A DNA stretch of 64,000 nucleotides from Myxococcales bacterium (GTDB lineage Bacteria; Myxococcota_A; UBA9042; JABWCM01; BTVJ01). This document shows, one piece after another, positions 8,900 through 17,937 of the stretch. Position numbers and translations under genes: made by a program. Location of the stretch: the NCBI GenBank assembly GCA_045863395.1, contig BTVJ01000014.1, forward strand, positions 64,001-128,000, written 5' to 3'. The notes below the pieces were generated by a model, which searched no databases, was not told where the DNA came from, and saw nothing but the letters and a program-made list of their open reading frames with translations. How positions within the stretch are numbered: the first letter of the stretch is position 1; every line of letters begins with the position of its first letter.

Positions 8900-9898
8900 A
8901 TGAGCGGCGCTGAGAGAAGAGTCTTCCACCGGTATTCGCGGGCGCTGGCCTTCGAGGTGGAGTACCGAGGGCAGCTCCTGCGCGCCACCACTGTGAACAC
9001 GAGCACGGGGGGCGCGTTCTTGCGGGCGCCCATGCACCCCGAGGCGGGTGAGCGCCTCACCCTGGTCATCCGCACCGAGCCGGGCGGCCCCGTGCGCCTG
9101 GGCCTCGTGGCGGAGGTGATCCACGTGATGCGCGGGGTGGGGCCGGTGGGCCTGGGCGTCAGGTGGATCGAGGCCCACAGCGAGGTGGGGTCCGACCAGA
9201 TCCAGACCTTCCTGGAGCGGGTGCTGGGGATCGCCAAGTGCCAGATCCGCCGAGGGTCGGGGCAGACAGGGGCCCCCCTATGGGTCTTCACGTTCCCTGA
9301 CCTGATGACGCGGTCCATGGAGGACGACGCCACGGGCCTCGCCGACCTGCTGGAGCCCGCGCGGCCCGACGACGCGGCGGAGGAGGCCGCGGCGGCCCTC
9401 GAGATGGAGCAGCAGGAGAAGGCGGCGCGGGACCCGGCGGCGCGCCCCGGCCTCGTCAAGCGGCTGTCCCAGATCATGCGGCGCGTCACGTCGACGGGCA
9501 TCCCCGTGCCGCAGGGAGGAGGCTCCGAGAGATCGGACCCCGAGAGACCGGACCCCGAGAGGGCGGATCCGCCGGGCAAGGTGCTGCCCCTGCCGCTGCT
9601 CGTCCGCACGGCGTCGCGCAAGCTCAAGGGCAAGCTGTTCAAGCTGTCGCGCACCACCATGGGCATCGCTGGGGTCGCCGCGCCGCCGAAGGTCTACGAG
9701 CGGGTCACGGTCGCGATGCCCATCCCCGAGAAGCGCAAGTCCGTCGACGTGGTGATCACCGGGTCCGTGACGCGGGTCAAGGAGGACGGCACCTTCACGG
9801 TGCGGTTCCTGAAGATCGACGAGCAGGGCCACAAGGGCATCTTCCAGGACTACCTGGACCACGTGCTCGGCAAGGGCGTGCACGGGGACGACGACTGA
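8900..9898 (+). CDS. Tandem PilZ-domain protein
   Basis: N-terminal RRVFHR and NTSTGG c-di-GMP motifs. The C-terminal PilZ-like barrel (VVITGSVTRV...F.VRF) lacks these motifs. Confidence 0.8.
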   Translation: MSGAERRVFHRYSRALAFEVEYRGQLLRATTVNTSTGGAFLRAPMHPEAGERLTLVIRTEPGGPVRLGLVAEVIHVMRGVGPVGLGVRWIEAHSEVGSDQIQTFLERVLGIAKCQIRRGSGQTGAPLWVFTFPDLMTRSMEDDATGLADLLEPARPDDAAEEAAAALEMEQQEKAARDPAARPGLVKRLSQIMRRVTSTGIPVPQGGGSERSDPERPDPERADPPGKVLPLPLLVRTASRKLKGKLFKLSRTTMGIAGVAAPPKVYERVTVAMPIPEKRKSVDVVITGSVTRVKEDGTFTVRFLKIDEQGHKGIFQDYLDHVLGKGVHGDDD

Positions 9899-10016
9899 CG
9901 ATCTTGCCGCCGGAGCTCCATGGGCTGCTGTGCCATCGTCCGCTCAGCCGCCGCGGTCCCCTGGTGCTCGATGAGGCCCCCCGCCATGTGGCCACCCCCA
10001 CACGAGAGAGCAGATC

Positions 10017-12983
10017 ATGAAGGAAGCCAAGGAGGCTGAGCGCATCCTGTCGGGTCGCTACCGCGCCCCTGCTGCGCGCTCCCTGGGTATCGTGCGGAGG
10101 CTCCAGCAGGCTGCCACCGCGGGCGACCTCGACGCCGCCGACCTGCGGGTGCGCCTCGTCAATCACCTGGTGCGGGAGGACGCCGAGGGGCTGGAGGTCG
10201 CGGCGACCGCCGAGGGCATCGAGCTCCACGTGGGCGAGCGGGGGACGCCGTGCCCCGTGCGCCGCGAGGAGCTGGAGCCGGCCGCGGCGCAGGCGCTGCG
10301 CGAGCGCTACGGCATCGACGTGGGCCCGGTCGGGGAGCCGATCCCCGAGGGGCTCTGCGTGCGTCAGCCGTCGGCGGCGGTGCTCGTCATGGCGGCGGGC
10401 CTGGACGGCAGCGCGTGCCTGGCCCGAGCCCGCGAGGCCGGGGACGCCTACGACCTGGAGGCGGCGCTCGGCTACCTGCGCCTGGCCGTCGCGCGGACCC
10501 GCGGCGCGAGGGACGCGGTGGCCGCCCTGTCGCGGCTCCTGGTCGAGACCTATGCCTACTACGACGAGGCCGTGGAGCTGCTGACCTCGCCGCGGGTGCA
10601 CCTGGCGGGCGCCCCGGCGCTCACGCGCACGCTGGCCGACGCGCGCTTCCACCTCGGCGACTGGGCAGGGGCGCGCCCTCTCTACGAGGGCCTCGTCAAG
10701 GGGGCGGAGGATCCCGCCGAGGTCCGGCGGCGCGCGGCGGCCTGCGCCATCGGGCTGGGCGACGTCGCTGGCGCCCTCGCCCACCTCGCCGAGGCGGAGC
10801 GGGCGGCCCCGGGCGACCAGCGGACGGCGGAGCTGCGGGCGCGCGCGCAGAGGGGCGCCGAGGGGGCCCTGGCGGAGGCGCTGGCCGGGGCGCGGGAGGC
10901 GCTCCAGGCGGGGGACCTGGCCGCAGCGCAGGCCCAGGCCGACGCGGTGCGGGCGCGGGGGATCGACGGACCTGACCTGGTGCGCCTGCTGCGCGACCTC
11001 GATGCGGCGCGGCGCGCGGCGCAGGCGGCGGAGCTTCGGGCCCGAGCGAAGGGGAGGGACCGGGAGGCCGCGGCCCTGCTGCGCCAGGCGCTGGAGCTCC
11101 TGCCCCAGGACGGCGATCTGGCCCGCGAGGTAGCGGAGCTGGAGGCGGTCCTCTTGCGCGGGGAGGTCGCCGAGCTGCTCACGCGGGGCGCCGAGCTGAG
11201 CCGCGATGGCGACGCCATGGGCGCCCTGCGAGCGTGGCACCGCGCCGCCAGCCTCGATCCGGGGCTCTCGCTGGGGGGCGACGCGGACCCGCTCCTGGCC
11301 CGCCTCGTCGACTACCTCAGGCACGAGCGGCCCCGGAACCCGGAGCGCGCCTTCGAGGGGCTCCTGGCGCTCGGACGATCCGAGGCGGCCCTCGCCCGCG
11401 GTGAGGGGCGAGCGGCGCTGTCTGCCGGCGAGGACGCAGCGCGGCTTCTGCGCGCCTACCCTGCCGCCGAGGAGGCCGCGGTGCGAGCGCGGGAGTACGT
11501 CCAGGCCCAGGAGCAGGCGCAGGCCCGGGCGCTCCTGGAGGCCGCCGATGACGCCGAGGCCCGGGGGGACCTGGAGGAGGCTCTCACGAGGATCGAAGCG
11601 GTCATCGCGCTCAAGGGGGCGGAGCTCACGGGCGCTGGCGAGCGGCGCAAGGCCCTGCGTGAGAAGCTGGAACGCGACCGTCGTGCCCGGGAGCTGCTCG
11701 CCCGGGTGCGCAAGCTGGTCGACGACCGGGACGGCTTCCGCGCGCTGCAAGTGCTGGAGCAGGCCCGCGGCGACCTGGCCGGGCGCCCGGACGCGGCCGC
11801 GCTCTTGGAGGCGGCCCACGGGGCCATCGCCGAGCGCTACCCCGTGACGCCCCGCGCGGCGAGCGGTCCGCCCCCGCTGCCGGGCACCGTGGCGTTCGAC
11901 GCGGCGCGCCTCGGGGTCGGACCGGTGAGCCCGAAGGACGTGCGCGTGGTCTCCGACGAGGACGGCGACCGCCTGCTGTTCCTGACGGGCTCGCTCCTGG
12001 TGGTGCTCGCCGGAGAGGATCTGAGAGTGCTGGCGGCGGTGGATCTGCCCACCGCCATCCCCTTCGGAGAGGAGGGGGACGCCATGTTCACGGCGGACAT
12101 CGACGGTGACCTCCACATCCTCTTCGTCAGCAACGGAGAGCGGGCGCTGACCCGGGTGGTGGTGTCGGCAGGCGGGGCGCGGGTCACCGCGCGGGTCGAC
12201 CTGGGGAGCTCCCTCGGATCCAGCGCGGGGACGGTCCGCAGCTACGCCTACGACGCGCCGTCGGGGAACCTCCTGGTGCTCGAGCTCTCGCGGAGGGCGG
12301 CCCGGCAGGAGTCCCGCTTCGTGGCCCTGGACGCGGGCGACGGTCGCCTGCGGTTCCGCGAGACCTACAACCAGCCGGTGTTCAACCTGCAGCCGCTGCG
12401 CGGCGGCCAGAGGTACACGGCGAGCCGGGTCTACGACCCCCACGCGAGGATGTCGGGGAGCTGGTACCACCTCGCGGTGCTCGACGCGCGCGGGAAGGCC
12501 CAGGAGCGGGTCGCCCTCGCGGGCATCGACGAGGACCCGTACGCCATGCGCCAGACCATGCGGGGCCCGGCCAGCGAGCGCGTGTTCTGCGAGTACTGGG
12601 GCTTCGATCGGTTCACGGGCCAGGTCCGCAGCAGCGGGAGCTCGCTGCTCGTGCTCAAGAAGGACTGGTCCGTGTTCTTCCAGTCCGCGGACCCGAACCT
12701 GCTGCTGGGTGGGAACCGCATCGCATTCGGCTCGATGGGGCTGACCACCGTGGGGGGACAGGAGCGCCTCCTCGTGCCGTGGCGAGAGCAGGAGGGGAGG
12801 ACGGGCGTCGGGGTCCTCGACGCCGCCCACATGCGGTGCGTCGGGCATGTGACCATGGAGGCGGGCGTTCACATCGGGGCAGTCCGCGCGGATCCGGCCC
12901 GGGGGCGGGCGCGGATCGTGACGTTCCGCTCCGGGCAGCCCGGCTTCAAGGTGGAGCCCCTGGACGTGGAGTCCGCGCGCTGA
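10017..12983 (+). CDS. Large TPR/helical protein with a C-terminal beta-rich (propeller-like) region
   Basis: TPR-like LADARFHLGDWAGARPLYE and ALELLPQD; the C-terminal ~380 aa are beta-strand rich. Confidence 0.7.
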   Translation: MKEAKEAERILSGRYRAPAARSLGIVRRLQQAATAGDLDAADLRVRLVNHLVREDAEGLEVAATAEGIELHVGERGTPCPVRREELEPAAAQALRERYGIDVGPVGEPIPEGLCVRQPSAAVLVMAAGLDGSACLARAREAGDAYDLEAALGYLRLAVARTRGARDAVAALSRLLVETYAYYDEAVELLTSPRVHLAGAPALTRTLADARFHLGDWAGARPLYEGLVKGAEDPAEVRRRAAACAIGLGDVAGALAHLAEAERAAPGDQRTAELRARAQRGAEGALAEALAGAREALQAGDLAAAQAQADAVRARGIDGPDLVRLLRDLDAARRAAQAAELRARAKGRDREAAALLRQALELLPQDGDLAREVAELEAVLLRGEVAELLTRGAELSRDGDAMGALRAWHRAASLDPGLSLGGDADPLLARLVDYLRHERPRNPERAFEGLLALGRSEAALARGEGRAALSAGEDAARLLRAYPAAEEAAVRAREYVQAQEQAQARALLEAADDAEARGDLEEALTRIEAVIALKGAELTGAGERRKALREKLERDRRARELLARVRKLVDDRDGFRALQVLEQARGDLAGRPDAAALLEAAHGAIAERYPVTPRAASGPPPLPGTVAFDAARLGVGPVSPKDVRVVSDEDGDRLLFLTGSLLVVLAGEDLRVLAAVDLPTAIPFGEEGDAMFTADIDGDLHILFVSNGERALTRVVVSAGGARVTARVDLGSSLGSSAGTVRSYAYDAPSGNLLVLELSRRAARQESRFVALDAGDGRLRFRETYNQPVFNLQPLRGGQRYTASRVYDPHARMSGSWYHLAVLDARGKAQERVALAGIDEDPYAMRQTMRGPASERVFCEYWGFDRFTGQVRSSGSSLLVLKKDWSVFFQSADPNLLLGGNRIAFGSMGLTTVGGQERLLVPWREQEGRTGVGVLDAAHMRCVGHVTMEAGVHIGAVRADPARGRARIVTFRSGQPGFKVEPLDVESAR

Positions 12984-15164
12984 GTGAGCCACATGCACCT
13001 TCGCGCCTGCGCCTTGGTCCTCTTCGCCAGCGCTGCGTGGGCGGACCCGGAGCCCGCAGGCACGCTGGTGCGGGCGGCCGCCCTCCGAGACGCCAGCGGA
13101 GAGGACGTCCGCGCCGCGCAGGACGCGGTGGTCGCCATGGGGCAGACCGCGACGGGGGCCCTGGCGGCGCTGCTCGACGATCCTGGCGCGGGGCTCGACG
13201 CGCGGCTCGTCGCGCTGCGCCTGCTGGGCCGCATCGGGGGAGCCGAGGCCCTGGACGCCATCGGGGGCGTGGCCACCCGGTCCGATGAGCCCGCCCTCCG
13301 GTGGGCCGCGGCCGAGACCCTCGCCACCTTCGACGGGGACGAGCCGGTGCGCTGGCTCGTGCCCCTGCTCTGGGACCCCACGACGGCCTCGACCTCCCTG
13401 TGGCTGCTCTCCGAGCGTGCCACCCCCGACTTGATCCCCGTCTTCGCTGCCGGCCTCGCGGATCCCGCCCTCGCCGCCCAGGCGCTCATGGCGCTGGCCG
13501 CCGTGTGTACGCCCGAGGCGGAGCAGCTCATCGCGACGGTGGCGGAGCGAGGAGATCCCGCCACGTATCTCGACGCGGTGGCGGGCCTGCTCCGTTGCGG
13601 AGGGCCGGTGTCCGTAGCACAGGGCGTCGAGCGTGCGCAGGCGCTCGCCGAGGAGGACCGCGCCCGCGTGGCGGACCGCCTGCTGGCGAGCAGGCCGGAC
13701 CCGGTCGCCCTCCGAAGCGTGCTCGACACGAGCGTCCCCCGCGCGGTGCTCGGGGATGGAGAGGTGGCGCTGGCGGCGCGCCTCGCCCTGGTGGACGCCC
13801 CCGGCGCGGCGCAGGTGCTGGCGGCGGCGCCCTGGCGGGACGCCGTCATCGACGCCGCGCTGCGAGGCACGCGCCGCGACGCCTCCTCCCTGGTGCGGCT
13901 GACCCGCGACCCCCGGGCCCGAGCCGCGGCCCGCTCCGTCCTGCGAGGAGAGCGTCAGGGCGCGTGGGGGGCCGCCCTGGACGTGCTCGGCGAGGCGCGG
14001 GACGCAGACGACGTGGCCGTGCTCGCCGCGTGCCTGGCGGAGCCCCTGGACCGCTCCCAGCCGTGCCTTCGCCTTCTCGCCCTGGCATCACGCGGGGCCC
14101 CCGAGGCGGTTGGCGCCCTGGAGGACGCTCTGGATGGCCGCCTGCCCGTGACCGAGGGGCTCGACCTGGTCGCGGCCGCGTGGCTGAGCGGTGCCCCGTC
14201 GCTGGTGGACCGGGTGCGCGGGCGCCGCCCTCGGGAGCTGACCGCCGGGCTCGTGGAGGCGCTGGCGCGGCGCCCGGTGGGCCCGCAGGAGCGCGCCGCC
14301 CTGCTCGGCGCCCTGGGCGGCCCGGACGCTCGGGCCGCCCTGGACACCCTCGGCTCCAGCGGCGACGGGGACGCCGTGGGGGCCATCGCCGCGTGGACGA
14401 GCCGGGCCTCGGCCGAGGACCGGGGAGCCGGGCTGCGCGCCCTGGGCCTCGTCGGGACGGATCGAGCCGTCGCGGCTCTGGCTCCCATCGCCCGAAAGCC
14501 GGGGCACCCGGACCGACTGGCGGCGGTCCAGGCCATCGCGCTCGTCAGGACGGCTGCTTCCTCCACGTTGCTCGCTCAGATGCTGGATCCCGTGCGCCCG
14601 GACCTCTTCGTGGCGGCCGCCGAGGGGCTCGCGGAGCGCCCGGCGGACGTGCTTCCCCCCGTGCTCCTCTCAGCCGCGTGGGACGCCGACGAGCGGGTCG
14701 CCCTCGCCGCCATCCGGGCGTTGGTGGCGGCCGGGGAGCTGGATCGGGCGCGCGACGCCCTGAACGCGAGAGCGGGGCTGCTGTCGCGGGAGGGGCTGGT
14801 GACCGCCGATGGCCTGCTCGCCGCGCGCCCTCTGCCCTCCATGAGCGGCGCGGCCCCGGGGCTCGCCGGCGTACCGGACCTCCCGGCGCTCATCGCGGGG
14901 GCAGCCTCCCGGGCCCCCGTCGCCGCGCTCGTGCGGTCCGTGGTGGACGGCGCGTCGCGGGGGGATCCGTCGCAGGCCGTCATCGTCGGCCTCGCGTCCT
15001 GGGACCCGGAGGTGCGCGAGCTGGCCCTCACGGTCGCACGGTCTCTCTGCGGCGAGGAGCGCGCCGCCCTCGAGGCCGCGCTCCGGGACGCTCCCCCTCC
15101 CGTCCCGCGCCAGGAGGTCCGCGCGGCTCTGGACGGGGCCCCGTGCCCGCCCGAGCGCTGGTAG
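12984..15164 (+). CDS. Exported HEAT-repeat protein
   Basis: Signal peptide LVLFASAAWA-D; repeated R..A..ALG motifs; abuts the upstream stop (TGA-GTG). Confidence 0.7.
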   Translation: MSHMHLRACALVLFASAAWADPEPAGTLVRAAALRDASGEDVRAAQDAVVAMGQTATGALAALLDDPGAGLDARLVALRLLGRIGGAEALDAIGGVATRSDEPALRWAAAETLATFDGDEPVRWLVPLLWDPTTASTSLWLLSERATPDLIPVFAAGLADPALAAQALMALAAVCTPEAEQLIATVAERGDPATYLDAVAGLLRCGGPVSVAQGVERAQALAEEDRARVADRLLASRPDPVALRSVLDTSVPRAVLGDGEVALAARLALVDAPGAAQVLAAAPWRDAVIDAALRGTRRDASSLVRLTRDPRARAAARSVLRGERQGAWGAALDVLGEARDADDVAVLAACLAEPLDRSQPCLRLLALASRGAPEAVGALEDALDGRLPVTEGLDLVAAAWLSGAPSLVDRVRGRRPRELTAGLVEALARRPVGPQERAALLGALGGPDARAALDTLGSSGDGDAVGAIAAWTSRASAEDRGAGLRALGLVGTDRAVAALAPIARKPGHPDRLAAVQAIALVRTAASSTLLAQMLDPVRPDLFVAAAEGLAERPADVLPPVLLSAAWDADERVALAAIRALVAAGELDRARDALNARAGLLSREGLVTADGLLAARPLPSMSGAAPGLAGVPDLPALIAGAASRAPVAALVRSVVDGASRGDPSQAVIVGLASWDPEVRELALTVARSLCGEERAALEAALRDAPPPVPRQEVRAALDGAPCPPERW

Positions 15165-15198
15165 GTCCCTCTGCCCTGACAGGGCCGGGAAGTCGCGG

Positions 15199-16596
15199 CT
15201 ACTCCCAGATCATGCAGTGTCCCCAGAGGGAGGCAGGGTCCTTGCGGTAGCAGAAGTCGTAGCCCTTCGCCTTGCAGGGCGCGTCGGCGATGCAGGCGGG
15301 CCAACAGCGGTCGATGGCGCCGCACACGAGGCCGGGTGCACACAGGTCGGTGACCGGGTCACAGGCGTCTCCAACGGCCAGGTCTCCCGCAGATCCACAC
15401 TGCGTCCAGGGCTCCTCCCCGCACTGCCAGAGACCCGTGGCGCACAGCGCCCAGCCGATGAGGCCGTCGCAGGACGAGTACCAGCCCTCGGACTTGCTGC
15501 CGATGGCGCCGCAGGTCGCCTCGCAGCCGGCGCACGTGACCGCCTTCAGGAGCTTGCCGGTGCAGGGGTCGGTCCACCCCTCGTCCTTCGTGCCGGTGCC
15601 CGTGCAGACGGGAGCGCAGCCCGCGTCCGGCACCTCGCAGGCGCACAGGGGCACGACGTCGCCGCTCGCGCATGCGTAGCTCGCCTCACTGCCGACGCTA
15701 CAGGAGGAGCCCTGACAGAGCGCCTGCGGGGAGCCAGTACAGGCAAACTCGGGGGCGCACTGTGCCCACTGGATGAGCTCGCCCGTGCAGCCGTCGACCC
15801 ACCCCTCCGACTTGCTGCCGATGGCTGCGCAGGCCGCCGTGCACCCGGTGCAGTCCGCCTCGCCCATGAGCGCGCCCGTGCAGGAGTCCACCCAGCCGCC
15901 GGCGCCTGGCTGACACACGGGCTCACACGGGGCCACCTCACACTGGCACCAGGGGACGGGTGCTCCCTGCGGGCATGGCCACTCCACGGTCTGGCCAGCG
16001 TGGCACAGAGTGGGGCAGGTGCCCTCCGGGTGCTCCACGCAGTCCCAGCCGCCGGCCGTGCAGGCGCAGAAGGGTACGTCGGTCCCGTCGGGGCACGCGT
16101 ACGTCACAGGGGAGACGCCGGCGCAGTCGCATGTGCACTCACCACCCGCGCCGCACACGGGCTTCGGACACGGCAGCGCGCAGTCCGAGTCCTCGGCACA
16201 GCCTGCGCAGGCGCATACGGGGCAGCCGTCCGGTCCGGTGGCAAAGCCGTGCTCGCAGAACAGGGTGCAGTCGACGGGTGGACAGCCGGCGTCCGGGGGC
16301 AGGGTCGTGTCTGGGGGGCCCGAGTCCAGGGATGCGTCGGCAGTGGCCGCGCCGTCCGTGTCTGCGGTGGTGGGTGCATCGCTGAGGACATCCGGGGCAG
16401 CGATGTCGGCTGCAGCCCCCGTGTCGGGTGCGGCGTCCAGGAGCACGTCAGGCCCGGCGTCCGAGGGCGACACGTCTCCGTGGGTGTCGGCGATGCCGGC
16501 ATCGGCGCCGCCGTTGCTCTGGCTGCCCCCGGCGGAGGGGCACCCGGCGAGCAGGGTGAGAGAGTACGCGAGAGCCGCGAGCATCACGCAGCGCAT
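15199..16596 (-). CDS. Cys-rich lipoprotein with repeated C.AIGSKSEGW modules
   Basis: MRCVMLAALAYSLTLLAGC lipobox, GGAGG RBS, Asp/Ala/Pro linker, antistasin-like CTLFCEHGF...GCPVCAC. Confidence 0.75.
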   Translation of the reverse strand: MRCVMLAALAYSLTLLAGCPSAGGSQSNGGADAGIADTHGDVSPSDAGPDVLLDAAPDTGAAADIAAPDVLSDAPTTADTDGAATADASLDSGPPDTTLPPDAGCPPVDCTLFCEHGFATGPDGCPVCACAGCAEDSDCALPCPKPVCGAGGECTCDCAGVSPVTYACPDGTDVPFCACTAGGWDCVEHPEGTCPTLCHAGQTVEWPCPQGAPVPWCQCEVAPCEPVCQPGAGGWVDSCTGALMGEADCTGCTAACAAIGSKSEGWVDGCTGELIQWAQCAPEFACTGSPQALCQGSSCSVGSEASYACASGDVVPLCACEVPDAGCAPVCTGTGTKDEGWTDPCTGKLLKAVTCAGCEATCGAIGSKSEGWYSSCDGLIGWALCATGLWQCGEEPWTQCGSAGDLAVGDACDPVTDLCAPGLVCGAIDRCWPACIADAPCKAKGYDFCYRKDPASLWGHCMIWE

Positions 16597-16822
16597 CAAG
16601 CACCTCCTCCGCCCATCCCGTGGGTACGATACGCCTCGCCTCCGCCCGCCGACAAGCACGCGCCCGGTTCGGACCGCGGAGGGTCCACGACTCGTCGGGG
16701 TGGGAAGGTCCGCGTAGTTCGCTATAGTCACCCACCTGCGGCGTCCCACCTGGGGATGCCTGGAACCCGACGCGTTGGGAGCCCTCGACTCGCAGGGCAG
16801 GCGCCTGACAGGGAGGAGTGCC

Positions 16823-17932
16823 GTGAAGGGATGGATGGCGGCGGTGACGGTCGTGGCAGTTGTCGGGGCGTGCGCGGACGACGGCCCAGGGGGTTCGCCG
16901 GCAGAGGGCGCGGACGCGGAACAGCAGGTCGGCGCGGACACGATGGACACCGGAGCGACCACGGACGCCAGCGCCGACACAGGGGAGGGCGCCGATGGGG
17001 GGGACTCCGCGAGCCCTGCCGACGCTGGCGACGCGGGCCCGGGGGCCCAGGACACCGAGGCCGACTCGGGGGCACCGGACGCCTCGGCGCACGACGCGGC
17101 GGAGACGAGGGCAGACGCAGCGGACGCGCGTGCGCCCGCATGCACACCAGGCGCCACCCGTTGCGCTGCGGGCGCCTCCACGGTGGAGCGCTGCGATGCG
17201 GCCGGCGCCGGGTGGGTCGTATCCGAGGCGTGCGCCGAGGCCTGCGCGGCCGGCGAGTGTGTCGCGCTGGTGTGCACCCCGAACCAGAAGCTCTGCGATG
17301 GGGACACCCTTCGCGTGTGCAATCCCGGGGGGACGGCCACCACCACGGTGATGACGTGCGCGGCCGGCTGTGAGGAGAGCGCGACGGGGGCGGCGTGCCT
17401 TCTGTGCGAGGCGGGCGCGAAGGGCTGCAAGGACGCGGTGACGGCCTGGTCGTGCGTTCACCCGACGGAGCCGCCCGAGGAGACGCCGTGTGCTCCGGGC
17501 CTCGAGGCGTGCGTCGCCGGAGGCTGCACGGGCCTCCTCGCCTGGACGCCAGGCGACACCGCGGTCGACGCCATGCTGTGGCTGGCCATCCATACCGGCG
17601 CCTGCGCGCTGGACGGCGCCTCGGGCGGCGCGGACCTGCTGTGTTGGGCGCTGGACACGACGAAGCTGAAGGCGCCGATCACCGCTGCCGGCTTTTCGGA
17701 GTGGCTGTGCGACGGGGCGGCGGCAGGGACCCTGACCGCGGGGGACTTCCTACCGGTGGGTGCCCACGGCGAGGACCAGATCTTCGCTGCCGCTCTGGCG
17801 GCGGCGGGGTGTGCGGCACCGGCGACGCTCGGCCTCCCGCCGGCTGGCCTTCAGCCAGGCCACCCGGTGGGCGACCTCTGCGAGTCATGGCACAAGGCGA
17901 CCGGCAAGGTGATCGTGGGCGCCTGCCCGTGA
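16823..17932 (+). CDS. Cys-rich lipoprotein
   Basis: GGAGGAG RBS, GTG start, VVAVVGAC lipobox, acidic linker, CTPGATRC-type repeats. Confidence 0.72.
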   Translation: MKGWMAAVTVVAVVGACADDGPGGSPAEGADAEQQVGADTMDTGATTDASADTGEGADGGDSASPADAGDAGPGAQDTEADSGAPDASAHDAAETRADAADARAPACTPGATRCAAGASTVERCDAAGAGWVVSEACAEACAAGECVALVCTPNQKLCDGDTLRVCNPGGTATTTVMTCAAGCEESATGAACLLCEAGAKGCKDAVTAWSCVHPTEPPEETPCAPGLEACVAGGCTGLLAWTPGDTAVDAMLWLAIHTGACALDGASGGADLLCWALDTTKLKAPITAAGFSEWLCDGAAAGTLTAGDFLPVGAHGEDQIFAAALAAAGCAAPATLGLPPAGLQPGHPVGDLCESWHKATGKVIVGACP

Positions 17933-17937
17933 CGCTC

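Noticed and set aside
9795..12998. Long antisense or alternative-frame ORFs, e.g. 9795-12998, 47199-50486, 7165-9666, 34957-37428, 22985-25378
   Set aside because: These are shadow ORFs expected at this GC content. They are Arg/Pro/Gly-rich, lack motifs and overlap better-supported genes.
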